A stretch of 64,000 nt of DNA from positions 186,001-250,000 of IMG/VR virus record IMGVR_UViG_3300046787_000408; one strand, written 5' to 3'. Shown here one piece after another: positions 28,998-38,859 of the stretch; positions within the stretch are counted from its first letter, which is position 1; each line of letters begins with the position of its first letter. The position numbers were made by a program, and so were the translations under genes. The notes beneath the pieces are model-generated. The model had not been told where the DNA came from. It saw only the letters and a list, made by a program, of their open reading frames with translations, and ran no database searches.

Positions 28998-29960
28998 ATG
29001 AACATCAAAAAAATTATAGCCATACTAGCACTTGTACCAGGACTGTCACTAGCCTGGCAACCTACAAAACCTGTTACAGTGGTATTCCCCAACGGACCGG
29101 GTGCTGGCAACGAAATCTCATTCCGCATTGCAGCTGATATTGTAGAAAAGTCCACTGGTGTAGTGTTCAAGCCCGAGTATCGTCCAGGTGCTGATGGCAA
29201 CATTGCTATGAATCACTTTGTAACAGTACCGCGTGACGGGCATACCATTAGTGTACCTGCTTGCCAATCAAATTGGGTAACTCCTGAAATCTGGTATCCC
29301 AACATGATCAAGTACAGCCCTATGGATCTAGAACCTGTTGCTAACATTGCTCGTAGTCCTCTAGCGTTCTGGGCACACCCTAGCAGCCGGATCAATACGC
29401 CAGAAGAATTTGTGGCTGCTATTCGTAATCGGCAACGAATGACCGTGGCCATTGGCGGTGGCGGGCACAAACTGGCTGTAGAATATCTTGTGGATAAAGT
29501 AAGTGTAGCAGGCAGTGATAATCTGCAAACTGTTTCTTACAAAGGTCCTGCACAGGCTCTATTAGATGTCATGGGCGGACATGTAGAATTTGGGGTAACA
29601 CCTGTAGCAGTGGGCTATCCGCATGTGCAAACTGGCAAGCTCAAATTCATTGGTATAGCTGATACCCGCACTTTGCCCGGGCTTGAACACATTCCTTTGA
29701 TGAGCAAGGCTGCTCCAGGACTCAGCATACATGGCTGCTGGAACTTGGCCTTGCCGCCAGGCACCCCACAAGAGATTCAAACTTGGTATCGTGATCAGTT
29801 TGTACCAGCAATTCGTTCAGCTGAAGCTGCTGCCAAGTTCAAAGAAAACATGATGTATACTACTCCTGCTGAGCACAGTGCTGCAGGTGTTAGAGCCAGC
29901 ATGGCACGCCTGCAACAGACATGGCAACCAATTGCTCGCAGAATTGATCCTAACAAATGA
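28998..29960 (+). CDS. Bug/TctC-family periplasmic solute-binding protein
   Basis: WQPTKPVTVVFP..PG, RPGADGNIA, PRDGHTI, YKG.AQALLDVMGGHV. Confidence 0.9.
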   Translation: MNIKKIIAILALVPGLSLAWQPTKPVTVVFPNGPGAGNEISFRIAADIVEKSTGVVFKPEYRPGADGNIAMNHFVTVPRDGHTISVPACQSNWVTPEIWYPNMIKYSPMDLEPVANIARSPLAFWAHPSSRINTPEEFVAAIRNRQRMTVAIGGGGHKLAVEYLVDKVSVAGSDNLQTVSYKGPAQALLDVMGGHVEFGVTPVAVGYPHVQTGKLKFIGIADTRTLPGLEHIPLMSKAAPGLSIHGCWNLALPPGTPQEIQTWYRDQFVPAIRSAEAAAKFKENMMYTTPAEHSAAGVRASMARLQQTWQPIARRIDPNK

Positions 29961-30568
29961 AATACATCTTTGTAGCCGGTGCTCCGGGCTCTAAATGGAG
30001 CAGTGTGGTCAAAAACATCTACTACAGTGCAGACATTGATCGCAGTGACCACACAGACCAACGCACCTACGAACACAACGGGCAACACCAACTGCATCTA
30101 GGTGCGTACTGGGATCCAGGCATGGAGTTTGGCAATTTTTTTGACCAGCTAGATCAATACACCAAGGAACAATGTGAACATGAATTTGATAAGCCATTTT
30201 CAGGTACAGGAATACGTATCATCAAAAGTCACTCGTTTGCGCATCATGTGGCAACGCTTAGAGAACGATGGCCTGACTGTGCCATTGTACTGGTTCATCG
30301 CAGCAGTGATTCTTGCCTGGGTTGGTGGGTAAGATGCGGCGGCTTTGATATCCAGTATCCTAGTTATCGCGGTTACTACAAAGATTTGCCTACCATAGGC
30401 AGAATTATTGACGAACAAAATGCCAGCATTGAACAAGCAATGTACGACTATGACGGCACAGAACCACTATCCAATCGTGCATTAGCACAGCAACTGGGAT
30501 TAGAACCGCCACCACTGCAATATGCACAAAACTATGCTGTAGCAGACATACGGGTAAAAGTGATATAA
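29957..30568 (+). CDS. sulfotransferase/P-loop-like protein
   Basis: IFVAGAPGSKWS, IIKSH, IVLVHR. Confidence 0.55.
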   Translation: MKYIFVAGAPGSKWSSVVKNIYYSADIDRSDHTDQRTYEHNGQHQLHLGAYWDPGMEFGNFFDQLDQYTKEQCEHEFDKPFSGTGIRIIKSHSFAHHVATLRERWPDCAIVLVHRSSDSCLGWWVRCGGFDIQYPSYRGYYKDLPTIGRIIDEQNASIEQAMYDYDGTEPLSNRALAQQLGLEPPPLQYAQNYAVADIRVKVI

Positions 30569-30624
30569 CATATCGCAGTGGGTTAAAAACTTCTTAAATA
30601 CGTTGCAACAAGAAAGAAGTTTTA

Positions 30625-31692
30625 ATGTCCTTACCCATAATCAATAGTTACACCAACTGGGCACCTTTAGAAGAAGTCTGGTTAGGGGATGTGTACCCAG
30701 CCAGTTGGTACGATCACTTGTCGTCAGAAGTGCGCGATTGTTTTCATGAGATTACTGAAAAAACACAGCAAGACCTTGCTGTGATTCATCACAAGCTAGA
30801 AGAACTAGGTGTCCATGTGGTAAGGCCAGAGTACCACAACATTGAAGACTTCATGGATCCTCGTGGCTATTTGCGCAAGCCTGATATTACTCCCAGGGAC
30901 AATTTTCTAGTTTATCAAAATACACTATTGGGCAACGTGATGTCATGGAAAAACCCATGGAAATCAGCACTGGATCGATATCGTCGAGACTCACGCTGTC
31001 ACATTGCCCAGCCGCCAGAATTTGAACATTTGGGTTGGATGTGCGGTGCTAACACTGTGAGAGTTGGGAACGATCTTTATTTGGACATAATGCCCTGTCA
31101 CAGTAAATCCACCAATGAACAAAAACACCAAGAGTTTGTTGACAAAGTTGCACCCCTGTGGCCCAACAGCAGAATACATTTGCTGGCCAACGGCGGACAT
31201 GTTGACGGTTGTTTTGCTGTGGCCAAACCAGGTGTGCTGATCACCAGCAGATATTTTGATGCTTATGATAGAACATTTCCTGGTTGGTATTGTTTAAATA
31301 TTGCCAAGCCTGAATTTTTTGATCGTCGGCATGCTGCATTTAGAGCAGGTCCCGGACATAATGGCAAATGGTTCGTGCAGGGCATGGCCGATCGATTGGC
31401 ATTTCAAGAGCATGTTATCAAGCATGCACTGGACTGGATTGGTGACTACACTGAAACGTTCTTTGAAGTCAATTGTTTGGTGGTTGACGAAAAGAATATT
31501 CTTATGCTGGGCGAAAACGAAAAAGTTGCTAGAGAACTTGAACGCCAAGGTATCACTGTGCATTGGATGCCGTTTAGAACTCGCACATTCTGGGATGGTG
31601 GCTTGCACTGTTTGACTCTGGACATACGTCGTCGAGACTCCGCTGTGGACTTGTTTCCTGAACGTGGTTCGCAACAGGTGTTTACCTACTGA
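30625..31692 (+). CDS. amidinotransferase (pentein family, glycine amidinotransferase-like)
   Basis: W.PLEEVWLG, TPRD, GHVDG, VNCLVVDE, WDGGLHCLTLDIRR (catalytic Asp/His/Cys). Confidence 0.9.
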   Translation: MSLPIINSYTNWAPLEEVWLGDVYPASWYDHLSSEVRDCFHEITEKTQQDLAVIHHKLEELGVHVVRPEYHNIEDFMDPRGYLRKPDITPRDNFLVYQNTLLGNVMSWKNPWKSALDRYRRDSRCHIAQPPEFEHLGWMCGANTVRVGNDLYLDIMPCHSKSTNEQKHQEFVDKVAPLWPNSRIHLLANGGHVDGCFAVAKPGVLITSRYFDAYDRTFPGWYCLNIAKPEFFDRRHAAFRAGPGHNGKWFVQGMADRLAFQEHVIKHALDWIGDYTETFFEVNCLVVDEKNILMLGENEKVARELERQGITVHWMPFRTRTFWDGGLHCLTLDIRRRDSAVDLFPERGSQQVFTY

Positions 31693-32264
31693 TGACACCA
31701 GTAGTGATCAGTTATTATCCTGGCTCGGGCGGTAATCGCTTGGCATGGCACCTGTTGAATCTTGACTGGAAGTCCAGCCCAGACTCTTCACTGCATGCTA
31801 GTCCTCACCCTATACCGTCTATAAACTACAGCGATCGAGACATTAGGCCTTATCCTGTTGCAAGCACTCGTGTGGTAACATGCACTAATTTCATCGAACT
31901 TACTCATTGTGTCAACAGCGAGTTATTGAAATATCATTTTCCCGGCCGACGAATTATCAAGATAAAAAGTCATTTAGCCAGTAGTCTTAGTCGTCATTGG
32001 CAAGTTTTTGGCCAAGGCTTTTTTGAACAAGAAATTAGAAAGATAGGCAAATCTTTTGCATTAACATTGAGCATAGACTGGCACTGGAAATATTATCAAC
32101 AAACTGGAGTAGACTGGGAAGCGGATCAATTGTACGACTTGACCAATCCTTCTGATGAATTCAGCATGTTCATGCAAGAAAATATTGCACAAAATCGCAG
32201 TCAGGACTTTGACGACTTTGTTTTTACCTGGCAAAAGTTCAAAAAACGCAGCTTAGATTTTTAA
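31692..32264 (+). CDS. hypothetical protein (sulfotransferase-like N-terminal loop)
   Basis: VISYYPGSGGNRL. Confidence 0.55.
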   Translation: MTPVVISYYPGSGGNRLAWHLLNLDWKSSPDSSLHASPHPIPSINYSDRDIRPYPVASTRVVTCTNFIELTHCVNSELLKYHFPGRRIIKIKSHLASSLSRHWQVFGQGFFEQEIRKIGKSFALTLSIDWHWKYYQQTGVDWEADQLYDLTNPSDEFSMFMQENIAQNRSQDFDDFVFTWQKFKKRSLDF

Positions 32265-32274
32265 CTGCAAAGTT

Positions 32275-32282
32275 TATAAATA
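32275..32282 (+). promoter_or_regulatory. T4-type late promoter for lysis cassette
   Basis: Exact TATAAATA. Confidence 0.7.
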
Positions 32283-32301
32283 AAACATAGGGGGTAGTCC
32301 C

Positions 32302-32778
32302 ATGTGGCTAATAACATTTTTACCTGACGCTATGGTAGCATTTGTGGTTTATACCATAATTGCTGTGGGTGCAGGCTTGATTACAGCAAGTGTGTTGACT
32401 CGTTGGATTCCAGGCATTAGTGGGTATCAAACACCATTGCAAGTGTTTGGTGCAGTGATACTGATGTTTGGTGTGTACTTGCAAGGTGGCAGAGCCAACG
32501 AAGCTGAATGGCAAGATCGTGTACAACAGCTTGAATCAAAGCTGGCCCAAGCACAAGTAGATTCCAGCAACAAAAATCTTGAAGTTCAAACGCAAGTGGT
32601 TACTAAAACACGAGTGGTTCGAGAAAAAGGCAACGACATTATTCAGTATATTGATCGTGAAATTGTCAAGAATCAAGAAGTGGTGCGTTACATTGAACAA
32701 TGTCCTGTACCTAAAGAAATTATAGGCGCACATAATGCTGCGGCTGTGTTAAACCAAGCAGCACAAGGGGGCAAATAA
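32302..32778 (+). CDS. i-spanin (Rz-like)
   Basis: N-terminal TMs then coiled coil; precedes lipoprotein and endolysin. Confidence 0.7.
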   Translation: MWLITFLPDAMVAFVVYTIIAVGAGLITASVLTRWIPGISGYQTPLQVFGAVILMFGVYLQGGRANEAEWQDRVQQLESKLAQAQVDSSNKNLEVQTQVVTKTRVVREKGNDIIQYIDREIVKNQEVVRYIEQCPVPKEIIGAHNAAAVLNQAAQGGK

Positions 32779-33047
32779 TGAAAATAACTGTGTTGTTATT
32801 TGCAGTAGTGTTGTGTGGATGTACCACAGTGGTACCTGTGCGACAACAGTTTCCTGACGCTGTGCCAGAACTAAAGCAATCTTGCGAAGCATTGATGACT
32901 ATCAAAGGTGATTCTGCCAGCATTACTGAACTGTTAAAAACTGTAGTGGAAAATTACACAAGGTATCATCAATGTGCTGCTCGTGTTGACGGATGGCAAG
33001 CATGGTATGATGCACAAAGAAAAATATTTGAAGGGTCTAACAAATGA
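32778..33047 (+). CDS. o-spanin lipoprotein (Rz1-like)
   Basis: Lipobox VLCG-C, Pro-containing linker, further Cys. Confidence 0.75.
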   Translation: MKITVLLFAVVLCGCTTVVPVRQQFPDAVPELKQSCEALMTIKGDSASITELLKTVVENYTRYHQCAARVDGWQAWYDAQRKIFEGSNK

Positions 33048-33667
33048 GTTCAATACTCACATTACAACAACTAAAACAACTGGTACCAGGAAATCCCTAT
33101 ATTGACGACTGGCATGAAGCACTTGATCAGTTGCTGGATGATTACGGAATTGATACTCCCCAGAGAGTAGCACACTTCATTGCACAATGCGCCCACGAAT
33201 CAGGCGGGTTCAAGTTCATTAAAGAAAACTTGAACTACTCAGCAGCAGGACTCAACAACACTTTCCGTAAGTATTTTCCCACACTGGAATCTGCCAAGCC
33301 TTATGAACGCCGGCCCGAAATGATTGCCAACAAGGTGTATGCCAACAGAATGGGCAACGGTGACGAAGCTTCGGGTGATGGCTGGCGCTATTGCGGACGT
33401 GGGCTAATTCAGCTTACAGGCAAAGACAACTACACATTCTTTGCAGGCAGTCTAGGTATTCCTGTAGAAGAAGCTGCTGACTATTTGGCCACGTTTGAAG
33501 GTGCAGCACAAAGTGCCTGCTTCTTCTGGGAACAAAACAACTTGAATCGCTTTGCTGATGCCAATGACGTCAAGGGCTTGACTCGTGCTATCAATGGTGG
33601 ACAGATTGGCCTAGCAGATAGACAAAAACACACTGAACATGCACTGCACGTTTTAGGAATGCATTAA
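33044..33667 (+). CDS. endolysin, glycoside hydrolase family 19
   Basis: FIAQCAHESGGF, ENLNYS, YCGRGLIQLTGKDNY, TRAINGG. Confidence 0.93.
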   Translation: MSSILTLQQLKQLVPGNPYIDDWHEALDQLLDDYGIDTPQRVAHFIAQCAHESGGFKFIKENLNYSAAGLNNTFRKYFPTLESAKPYERRPEMIANKVYANRMGNGDEASGDGWRYCGRGLIQLTGKDNYTFFAGSLGIPVEEAADYLATFEGAAQSACFFWEQNNLNRFADANDVKGLTRAINGGQIGLADRQKHTEHALHVLGMH

Positions 33668-34545
33668 TGGCCATTGTAGTAGGACCAGGAATCACAATTG
33701 GCAACGGAATTACCGTACAGAGTATAGCCGTTGCCGGCCAACAGGCTTTTACCACAGCAGGTACATTTTCATGGACCGCACCAGCAGGTGTTACGTCAGT
33801 GTCTGTAGTAGCTGTTGGCGGTGGTGGAGGTGGGACCAGAAGCACTTCTGGCGGAGCAGGTGACGGTGGTAATAGTTATTTTATTGATACCAGCACAGTA
33901 GCAGGACTTGGCGGCTCACGGGGAGGTGGCAGTTTTACTACAGGTGCTAATGCTTTCCCATATGGACAAGGTGGCGGGTTCGCAGGCGACGGTGGCGGCA
34001 ATGGTGGTTTCAGTTTAGGTGGCACTAGCGTATTCTATGGCGGTGGCGGTGCAGGCGGTTACTCAGGCAATGGCGGCAACGGTGGCGCAGGCAATGGATC
34101 TGGTGTAATTACTGTTGCAGGCGGCAACGGCACAGGCGGTGCTGCGGGTGGTGGTGCTTGGGGTTCCGGCGGCGGAGTTGGCATATTAGGCGAAGGCACA
34201 AGTGGAGCTGGTAGCACAACAGGAAGTGCAACGCCATTGAAGAACGCTAAAGGCGGCTCAGGTGGAGCCAATGGTAATACATATACTACTACCAACTTTA
34301 CAGGCGCCTTATACGGTGGTGGCGCTTGCGGTACTTACACTACTAGTGGCGGTGGTGGCGGATTAGGGTGGAAGAACAGCATAGCAGTAACACCCGGACA
34401 ATCATACACTGTTGTAGTTGGAGCCGGTGGTACAGGCGAAGCATCATCTGGGACAAATTTCTGCGGACCGGGTGGCGGAGGTGCTGTACGTATTATTTGG
34501 GGCGATGGTCGTGCGTTCCCTGCAACAAACACAGGAGACGTTTAA
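33667..34545 (+). CDS. glycine-rich virion-associated protein
   Basis: FTTAGTFSWTAPAGVTSVSVVAVGGGG ... VTPGQSYTVVVGAGG ... GAVRIIWG. Confidence 0.75.
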   Translation: MAIVVGPGITIGNGITVQSIAVAGQQAFTTAGTFSWTAPAGVTSVSVVAVGGGGGGTRSTSGGAGDGGNSYFIDTSTVAGLGGSRGGGSFTTGANAFPYGQGGGFAGDGGGNGGFSLGGTSVFYGGGGAGGYSGNGGNGGAGNGSGVITVAGGNGTGGAAGGGAWGSGGGVGILGEGTSGAGSTTGSATPLKNAKGGSGGANGNTYTTTNFTGALYGGGACGTYTTSGGGGGLGWKNSIAVTPGQSYTVVVGAGGTGEASSGTNFCGPGGGGAVRIIWGDGRAFPATNTGDV

Positions 34546-34596
34546 TGTCAACAATAAAAGTAGATACTGAATATAAGTATATAAAAGGAAATTAGA

Positions 34597-35106
34597 ATGG
34601 CAAAAAAAGAATTACCCCCAAGTAAAATTACCAAAACAGAAGAAGACTGGATGACAAAAAAATGGCGTCCCATGATGGCTATTATGTACATGACTGCCTG
34701 CTTGTTTGACTTTGTGTTCTTCCCAATCATGTTTACTGTGGTGCAGTTCTGGGAAGTGTCAGCTGCCAACGATGCATTCCGTCAGTGGGCACCAATCACA
34801 CTGCAAGGCGGTGGCTTGTTCCACGTGGCCATGGGTGCTGTGTTGGGCGTTAGCGCATGGAGTCGTGGACAAGAAAAAATGGCTGGTGTAACTGGCGGCG
34901 CTGCTGCTCCAACACCTGCAGTGGGAATGAGTCCAGCACAACCCACCAGCTTTGGTGCACCAGTTGCACAAACTGCGGCATATACATCAGCACCTAGTTG
35001 GGGATCGACTACAGTAGCCAGCAACAGCTGGGGCAGCGCACCGGTACAAACAGGTTGGGGCGGCAAAAAAGCTCCACCTGAAGCTGAGTTTCCGCTAGTT
35101 AGTTAA
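34597..35106 (+). CDS. holin (GTA 3TM-holin-like)
   Basis: KWRPMMAIMYM..DFVFFP, GAVLGVSAWSRGQEK; in lysis cluster. Confidence 0.7.
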   Translation: MAKKELPPSKITKTEEDWMTKKWRPMMAIMYMTACLFDFVFFPIMFTVVQFWEVSAANDAFRQWAPITLQGGGLFHVAMGAVLGVSAWSRGQEKMAGVTGGAAAPTPAVGMSPAQPTSFGAPVAQTAAYTSAPSWGSTTVASNSWGSAPVQTGWGGKKAPPEAEFPLVS

Positions 35107-35121
35107 CAACAGGAACAACAG

Positions 35122-37212
35122 ATGACAATTTCAATTGGTGGTGGCATTACTATCGGCGGCGGTATCTCATTTGTTAGTGGTACCACACCAACGCCAACAC
35201 CACCAGGCTACTTTGATTATGTGACTGCTTTGTTGTCTGGTTCAGGAACTGACAACACTGACAACAATACATTTTTAGACTCTAGTACCAACAATTTTAC
35301 TGTAAAACGTAACGGCAATCCTACTCAAGGTTCATTTGGACCTTATGGCGGTGGTTGGAGCAACTATTTTGATGGCACCGGTGACTTTTTAACACTTTCA
35401 TCAGCTCCAGTTGCTGCCACTGGAACGTTTACGATTGAGTGTTGGGTATACGTCACTGGTACTGCGGTCGCACAAAGTATATACGGTCAATATCTTGGTA
35501 ACCCTAGCCCTGCTGCAGGTAGATGGAACATGTTATGGAATGATGCAGCTAATAAATTTAGTTTTAGCATTGCATCAACAAGTTACGAATCTACGTCTAC
35601 TTACTCAGCAAATACTTGGTATCACATAGCATGGGTTCGTGATGGATCAAACAATTTATCACTATATGTCAATGGTGTAAGAGATAGTACAAGGGCTAAT
35701 ATAACAGCGTCATTGTATACTGGTAATCCAATAATTGGTGCCAGAAGCGATGGTACAACCCCATACACAGGTTATATCTCAAATTTTAGAGTCACTAATA
35801 CAGTTGTTTACTCTGGTACAACTTACACTGTTCCGACTGGACCACTTACTGCTATTACTGGAACAACGCTATTAACTTGCCAAAGCAATCGTTTCATTGA
35901 TAACTCAACCAATAACTTTACTATCACACGTAGTGGTAATGTTGCAGTTGAAAAATTTAATCCTTTTGGAATAATCAACAACAGCGGTGTTCCAGAAGCG
36001 TACACACCAAGTGTGTATGGCGGCAGTGCGTACTTGGATGGCACAGGAGACTACCTAACAGTAGCAACCAATACTGCTCTTGACTTTGAAAATAGTGACT
36101 TCACTGCTGAGTGTTGGATATATCCAATATTATTCAACGCTTCGGGTGGCGGATTTATGGGGGTCGGTGCGCAGAGTGGAAGTGCGTCATGGATCTTGCG
36201 AGGAAACAGTTCAGGTACTTTGACTTTTTCAGCTTGGTACAGTCCTGGTGGTGGCGCTGACGTCACAACAATTACTAGCACAACTGGTGTTCTCCGATTT
36301 ACCGCCTGGAACCACGTGGCCGTTACTCGTCAAGGTACTTCATGGAACATATGGTGCAACGGAATATCAGTTGCATCTGGTACTCGAAGCACTGCTATTG
36401 CAAACACAGGCAGACCTGCACAAATTGGATATGACTATAGCAGCTCGACTGTTCGAACACAAAATGCGTATATTTCTGACGTAAGATGGGTCAAAGGCAC
36501 AGCGGTTTATACTTCGGCCTTTACACCGCCTACTGCACCGTTGACAGCAATCACAAATACATCGTTGCTGCTGAATGGAACCAACGCAGGCATATACGAT
36601 TCGACCACCATAAGCGATTATGAAACAGCGGGCAATGCAAAAATTTCCACAGCAGTCAGCAAGTGGGGCACAGGCAGTATGTATTTTGACGGGACAGGTG
36701 GTTACCTGTACTCTCCTAATCTCACGCTAAATGCCAACAAAGACTATACATTAGAATGCTGGGTGTATATAGCAGCGTTTGATGCTGTGCAACCCAGTGG
36801 TATTTTCTTTAGTGGCACTGGTTCTTCGGACCTTCAACGGGTACAACTATCGATAAATCCTGCTGGTTCTGTTTCTTTCACTATGCAAACCACTGCAGGC
36901 GTTTCAAACGGAGTCACAAGCGCAACTGGATTGATTACTGCAGGCAACTGGTACTATCTGACTGTTGTTCGTGACGGCAACCTGGTCACAGTGTACGTAA
37001 ATGGAACTAGTGTTGCAACTCTAACCGTTACGTTGTCGATCACAGTAGCTGATACCACTTACATAGGATTTGTAAGAAGCGGTGCCGCACTAAGATATCT
37101 CAACGGATACATCAACGATTTTAGAATCACCAACGGAGTTGCCCGTTACACTAGCAATTTTACTCCCCCAGACGCACCTTTACCGGCTATCCCCCCGGTT
37201 GAACCTGCTTAA
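35122..37212 (+). CDS. LamG/concanavalin A-like repeat virion protein
   Basis: Three FTIECW..WYH.A..R..YV.G..GYIS.FR.T repeats. Confidence 0.85.
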   Translation: MTISIGGGITIGGGISFVSGTTPTPTPPGYFDYVTALLSGSGTDNTDNNTFLDSSTNNFTVKRNGNPTQGSFGPYGGGWSNYFDGTGDFLTLSSAPVAATGTFTIECWVYVTGTAVAQSIYGQYLGNPSPAAGRWNMLWNDAANKFSFSIASTSYESTSTYSANTWYHIAWVRDGSNNLSLYVNGVRDSTRANITASLYTGNPIIGARSDGTTPYTGYISNFRVTNTVVYSGTTYTVPTGPLTAITGTTLLTCQSNRFIDNSTNNFTITRSGNVAVEKFNPFGIINNSGVPEAYTPSVYGGSAYLDGTGDYLTVATNTALDFENSDFTAECWIYPILFNASGGGFMGVGAQSGSASWILRGNSSGTLTFSAWYSPGGGADVTTITSTTGVLRFTAWNHVAVTRQGTSWNIWCNGISVASGTRSTAIANTGRPAQIGYDYSSSTVRTQNAYISDVRWVKGTAVYTSAFTPPTAPLTAITNTSLLLNGTNAGIYDSTTISDYETAGNAKISTAVSKWGTGSMYFDGTGGYLYSPNLTLNANKDYTLECWVYIAAFDAVQPSGIFFSGTGSSDLQRVQLSINPAGSVSFTMQTTAGVSNGVTSATGLITAGNWYYLTVVRDGNLVTVYVNGTSVATLTVTLSITVADTTYIGFVRSGAALRYLNGYINDFRITNGVARYTSNFTPPDAPLPAIPPVEPA

Positions 37213-37239
37213 CTCTACTATTTGACAAAAGGAACTATC

Positions 37240-37461
37240 ATGAAATCATTAATCTTAGCAATCACCTTGGCTCTAGGTACTTCGCTGGCGTATGCTGAAG
37301 AGCCCAAAGAAACCACCAAAGTCTGTGTTGACGTAAAAGACAAAGCAGGACAAACTGTAATTGATCCCAAGACCAAGCAGCCCAAACAAAACTGCAAGAC
37401 TGTGAAAAAGCACAAGAAACTAGAAGGCGCTGAAAAAGTGCCCGAAGGCAAGAAAAAATAA
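37240..37461 (+). CDS. small secreted basic protein
   Basis: Signal peptide, two Cys, Lys-rich; SD AAGGA. Confidence 0.7.
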   Translation: MKSLILAITLALGTSLAYAEEPKETTKVCVDVKDKAGQTVIDPKTKQPKQNCKTVKKHKKLEGAEKVPEGKKK

Positions 37462-37494
37462 TCAAGTCACACTAGTTTGCTTGTAAGTAACACT

Positions 37495-38031
37495 ATGAGC
37501 AAACTTATTTTTTTCAGCGGCGGTGTAGAAAGTACTGCACTACTCAATGATGCAGACCCCATGGAAGATGTGCTGGTCACTGTGCTACCAACATTTCCAA
37601 AAGACATGGTAACTTCCAAATTGCAATCAGCTCAAGCTATTGCACAACGGTTTGGTTTCACTGTGAACTATGCACGAATTCAGTTGCCAGTAGAACCTGA
37701 TCCCTACAACTTTGTACACCAAGCTCGCACGTTTCTTAGTGTGGCTAATCTCTGGGTAGCTAAAGATACTAGAATAACAGAACTTTGGTTTGGTCGCTGT
37801 CTTGAAGACGTTAGCCCACCTAGTCGACCAGCCAATATTGTAGAAGCCTGGAACTTGTTGTATCCTAACATACCATGGACTAGACCGCTAGAACATGTGT
37901 CCAAGTGGGATCAATGGACGTCTATTCCAGTAGATGTGAGGTCCATGGTTAGCAGTTGTGTTACCTACAACAACTGCGGCAAGTGCTACAAATGCCAAGA
38001 AGTGCAAAAACTAATAATACAACATGCTTGA
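37495..38031 (+). CDS. QueC-like PP-loop ATP pyrophosphatase
   Basis: FFSGGVES PP-loop; C-terminal SC....CGKCYKC zinc site. Confidence 0.7.
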   Translation: MSKLIFFSGGVESTALLNDADPMEDVLVTVLPTFPKDMVTSKLQSAQAIAQRFGFTVNYARIQLPVEPDPYNFVHQARTFLSVANLWVAKDTRITELWFGRCLEDVSPPSRPANIVEAWNLLYPNIPWTRPLEHVSKWDQWTSIPVDVRSMVSSCVTYNNCGKCYKCQEVQKLIIQHA

Positions 38032-38794
38032 TCACTACGCTACCTTGGGCGTGAGCCGAACTGCTTCCGCGGATGAAATCAAACGAGCATTTAGAAAGCT
38101 GGCTAGCCAACACCATCCAGACAAGGGTGGGGACACTGCCAAGTTTCAACAGATACAAGCTGCCTACGACACACTTGGTGATGCCAACAAACGTGCTGCT
38201 TACGACAATCCTGCTCCGCAATTTTCAGGATTTGGCGGCAGCACACAGTTCAACAACATACATGACATATTCAACATGTTTGGGCAAGGCTTTCCAGGCC
38301 AACAGCGCCGTAATCATGTTCGCATGAGCTTGTGGATCACGTTGCGTGATGTAGCAACAGGTGGCCGGCGTCCTGTGAGTTTGAGCACTGGGCAAGGTCA
38401 AAACACTGTGGAAATTGAGATTCCGTTAGGTCTCAATGACAATGACTCTATTCAGTATTCTGGCTTGGCACCAGGTGGACAAGATCTAGTGGTCACTTTT
38501 AGAATACAACCAGATGCAAATTGGTCTAGATCTGCCCTAAATCTTGCTACTGAACAAACTGTTAGTATTTGGGATTTGATACTAGGCGGAGACCTAGTGG
38601 TCAAAAGTATAACTGGGGAGAGTTTGACTGTGACTATCCCTGTAAATACTCAACCTGGCACAGTATTACGGCTACGAACACAAGGGTTAAGAGATCAACA
38701 AGGACGGCAAGGCGATTTGCATGTGAAACTGGCAGCTCGAATTCCACAACCTATACCACCCGAACTAGCCGCAGCAATACAACAGTACCGATAA
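38024..38794 (+). CDS. DnaJ/CbpA-type co-chaperone (no zinc finger)
   Basis: J-domain HHPDKGG; C-terminal DnaJ substrate-binding domains. Confidence 0.92.
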   Translation: MLDHYATLGVSRTASADEIKRAFRKLASQHHPDKGGDTAKFQQIQAAYDTLGDANKRAAYDNPAPQFSGFGGSTQFNNIHDIFNMFGQGFPGQQRRNHVRMSLWITLRDVATGGRRPVSLSTGQGQNTVEIEIPLGLNDNDSIQYSGLAPGGQDLVVTFRIQPDANWSRSALNLATEQTVSIWDLILGGDLVVKSITGESLTVTIPVNTQPGTVLRLRTQGLRDQQGRQGDLHVKLAARIPQPIPPELAAAIQQYR

Positions 38795-38803
38795 CCAAAA
38801 TAC

Positions 38804-38832
38804 TTGCGTTTATTGGGCAGATATCTTATAAT
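38804..38832 (+). promoter_or_regulatory. sigma70-type promoter
   Basis: TTGCGT-17-TATAAT. Confidence 0.6.
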
Positions 38833-38859
38833 GTAACATACGCATCATTTAGGAACCAA

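Noticed and set aside
38569-38859. Extended N-termini in the ORF track (ClpA, and likewise 747, 1891, 6357, 21066, 53262, 63480)
   Set aside because: The extensions overlap upstream genes or promoters; downstream ATGs with an SD or stop-start coupling fit better.
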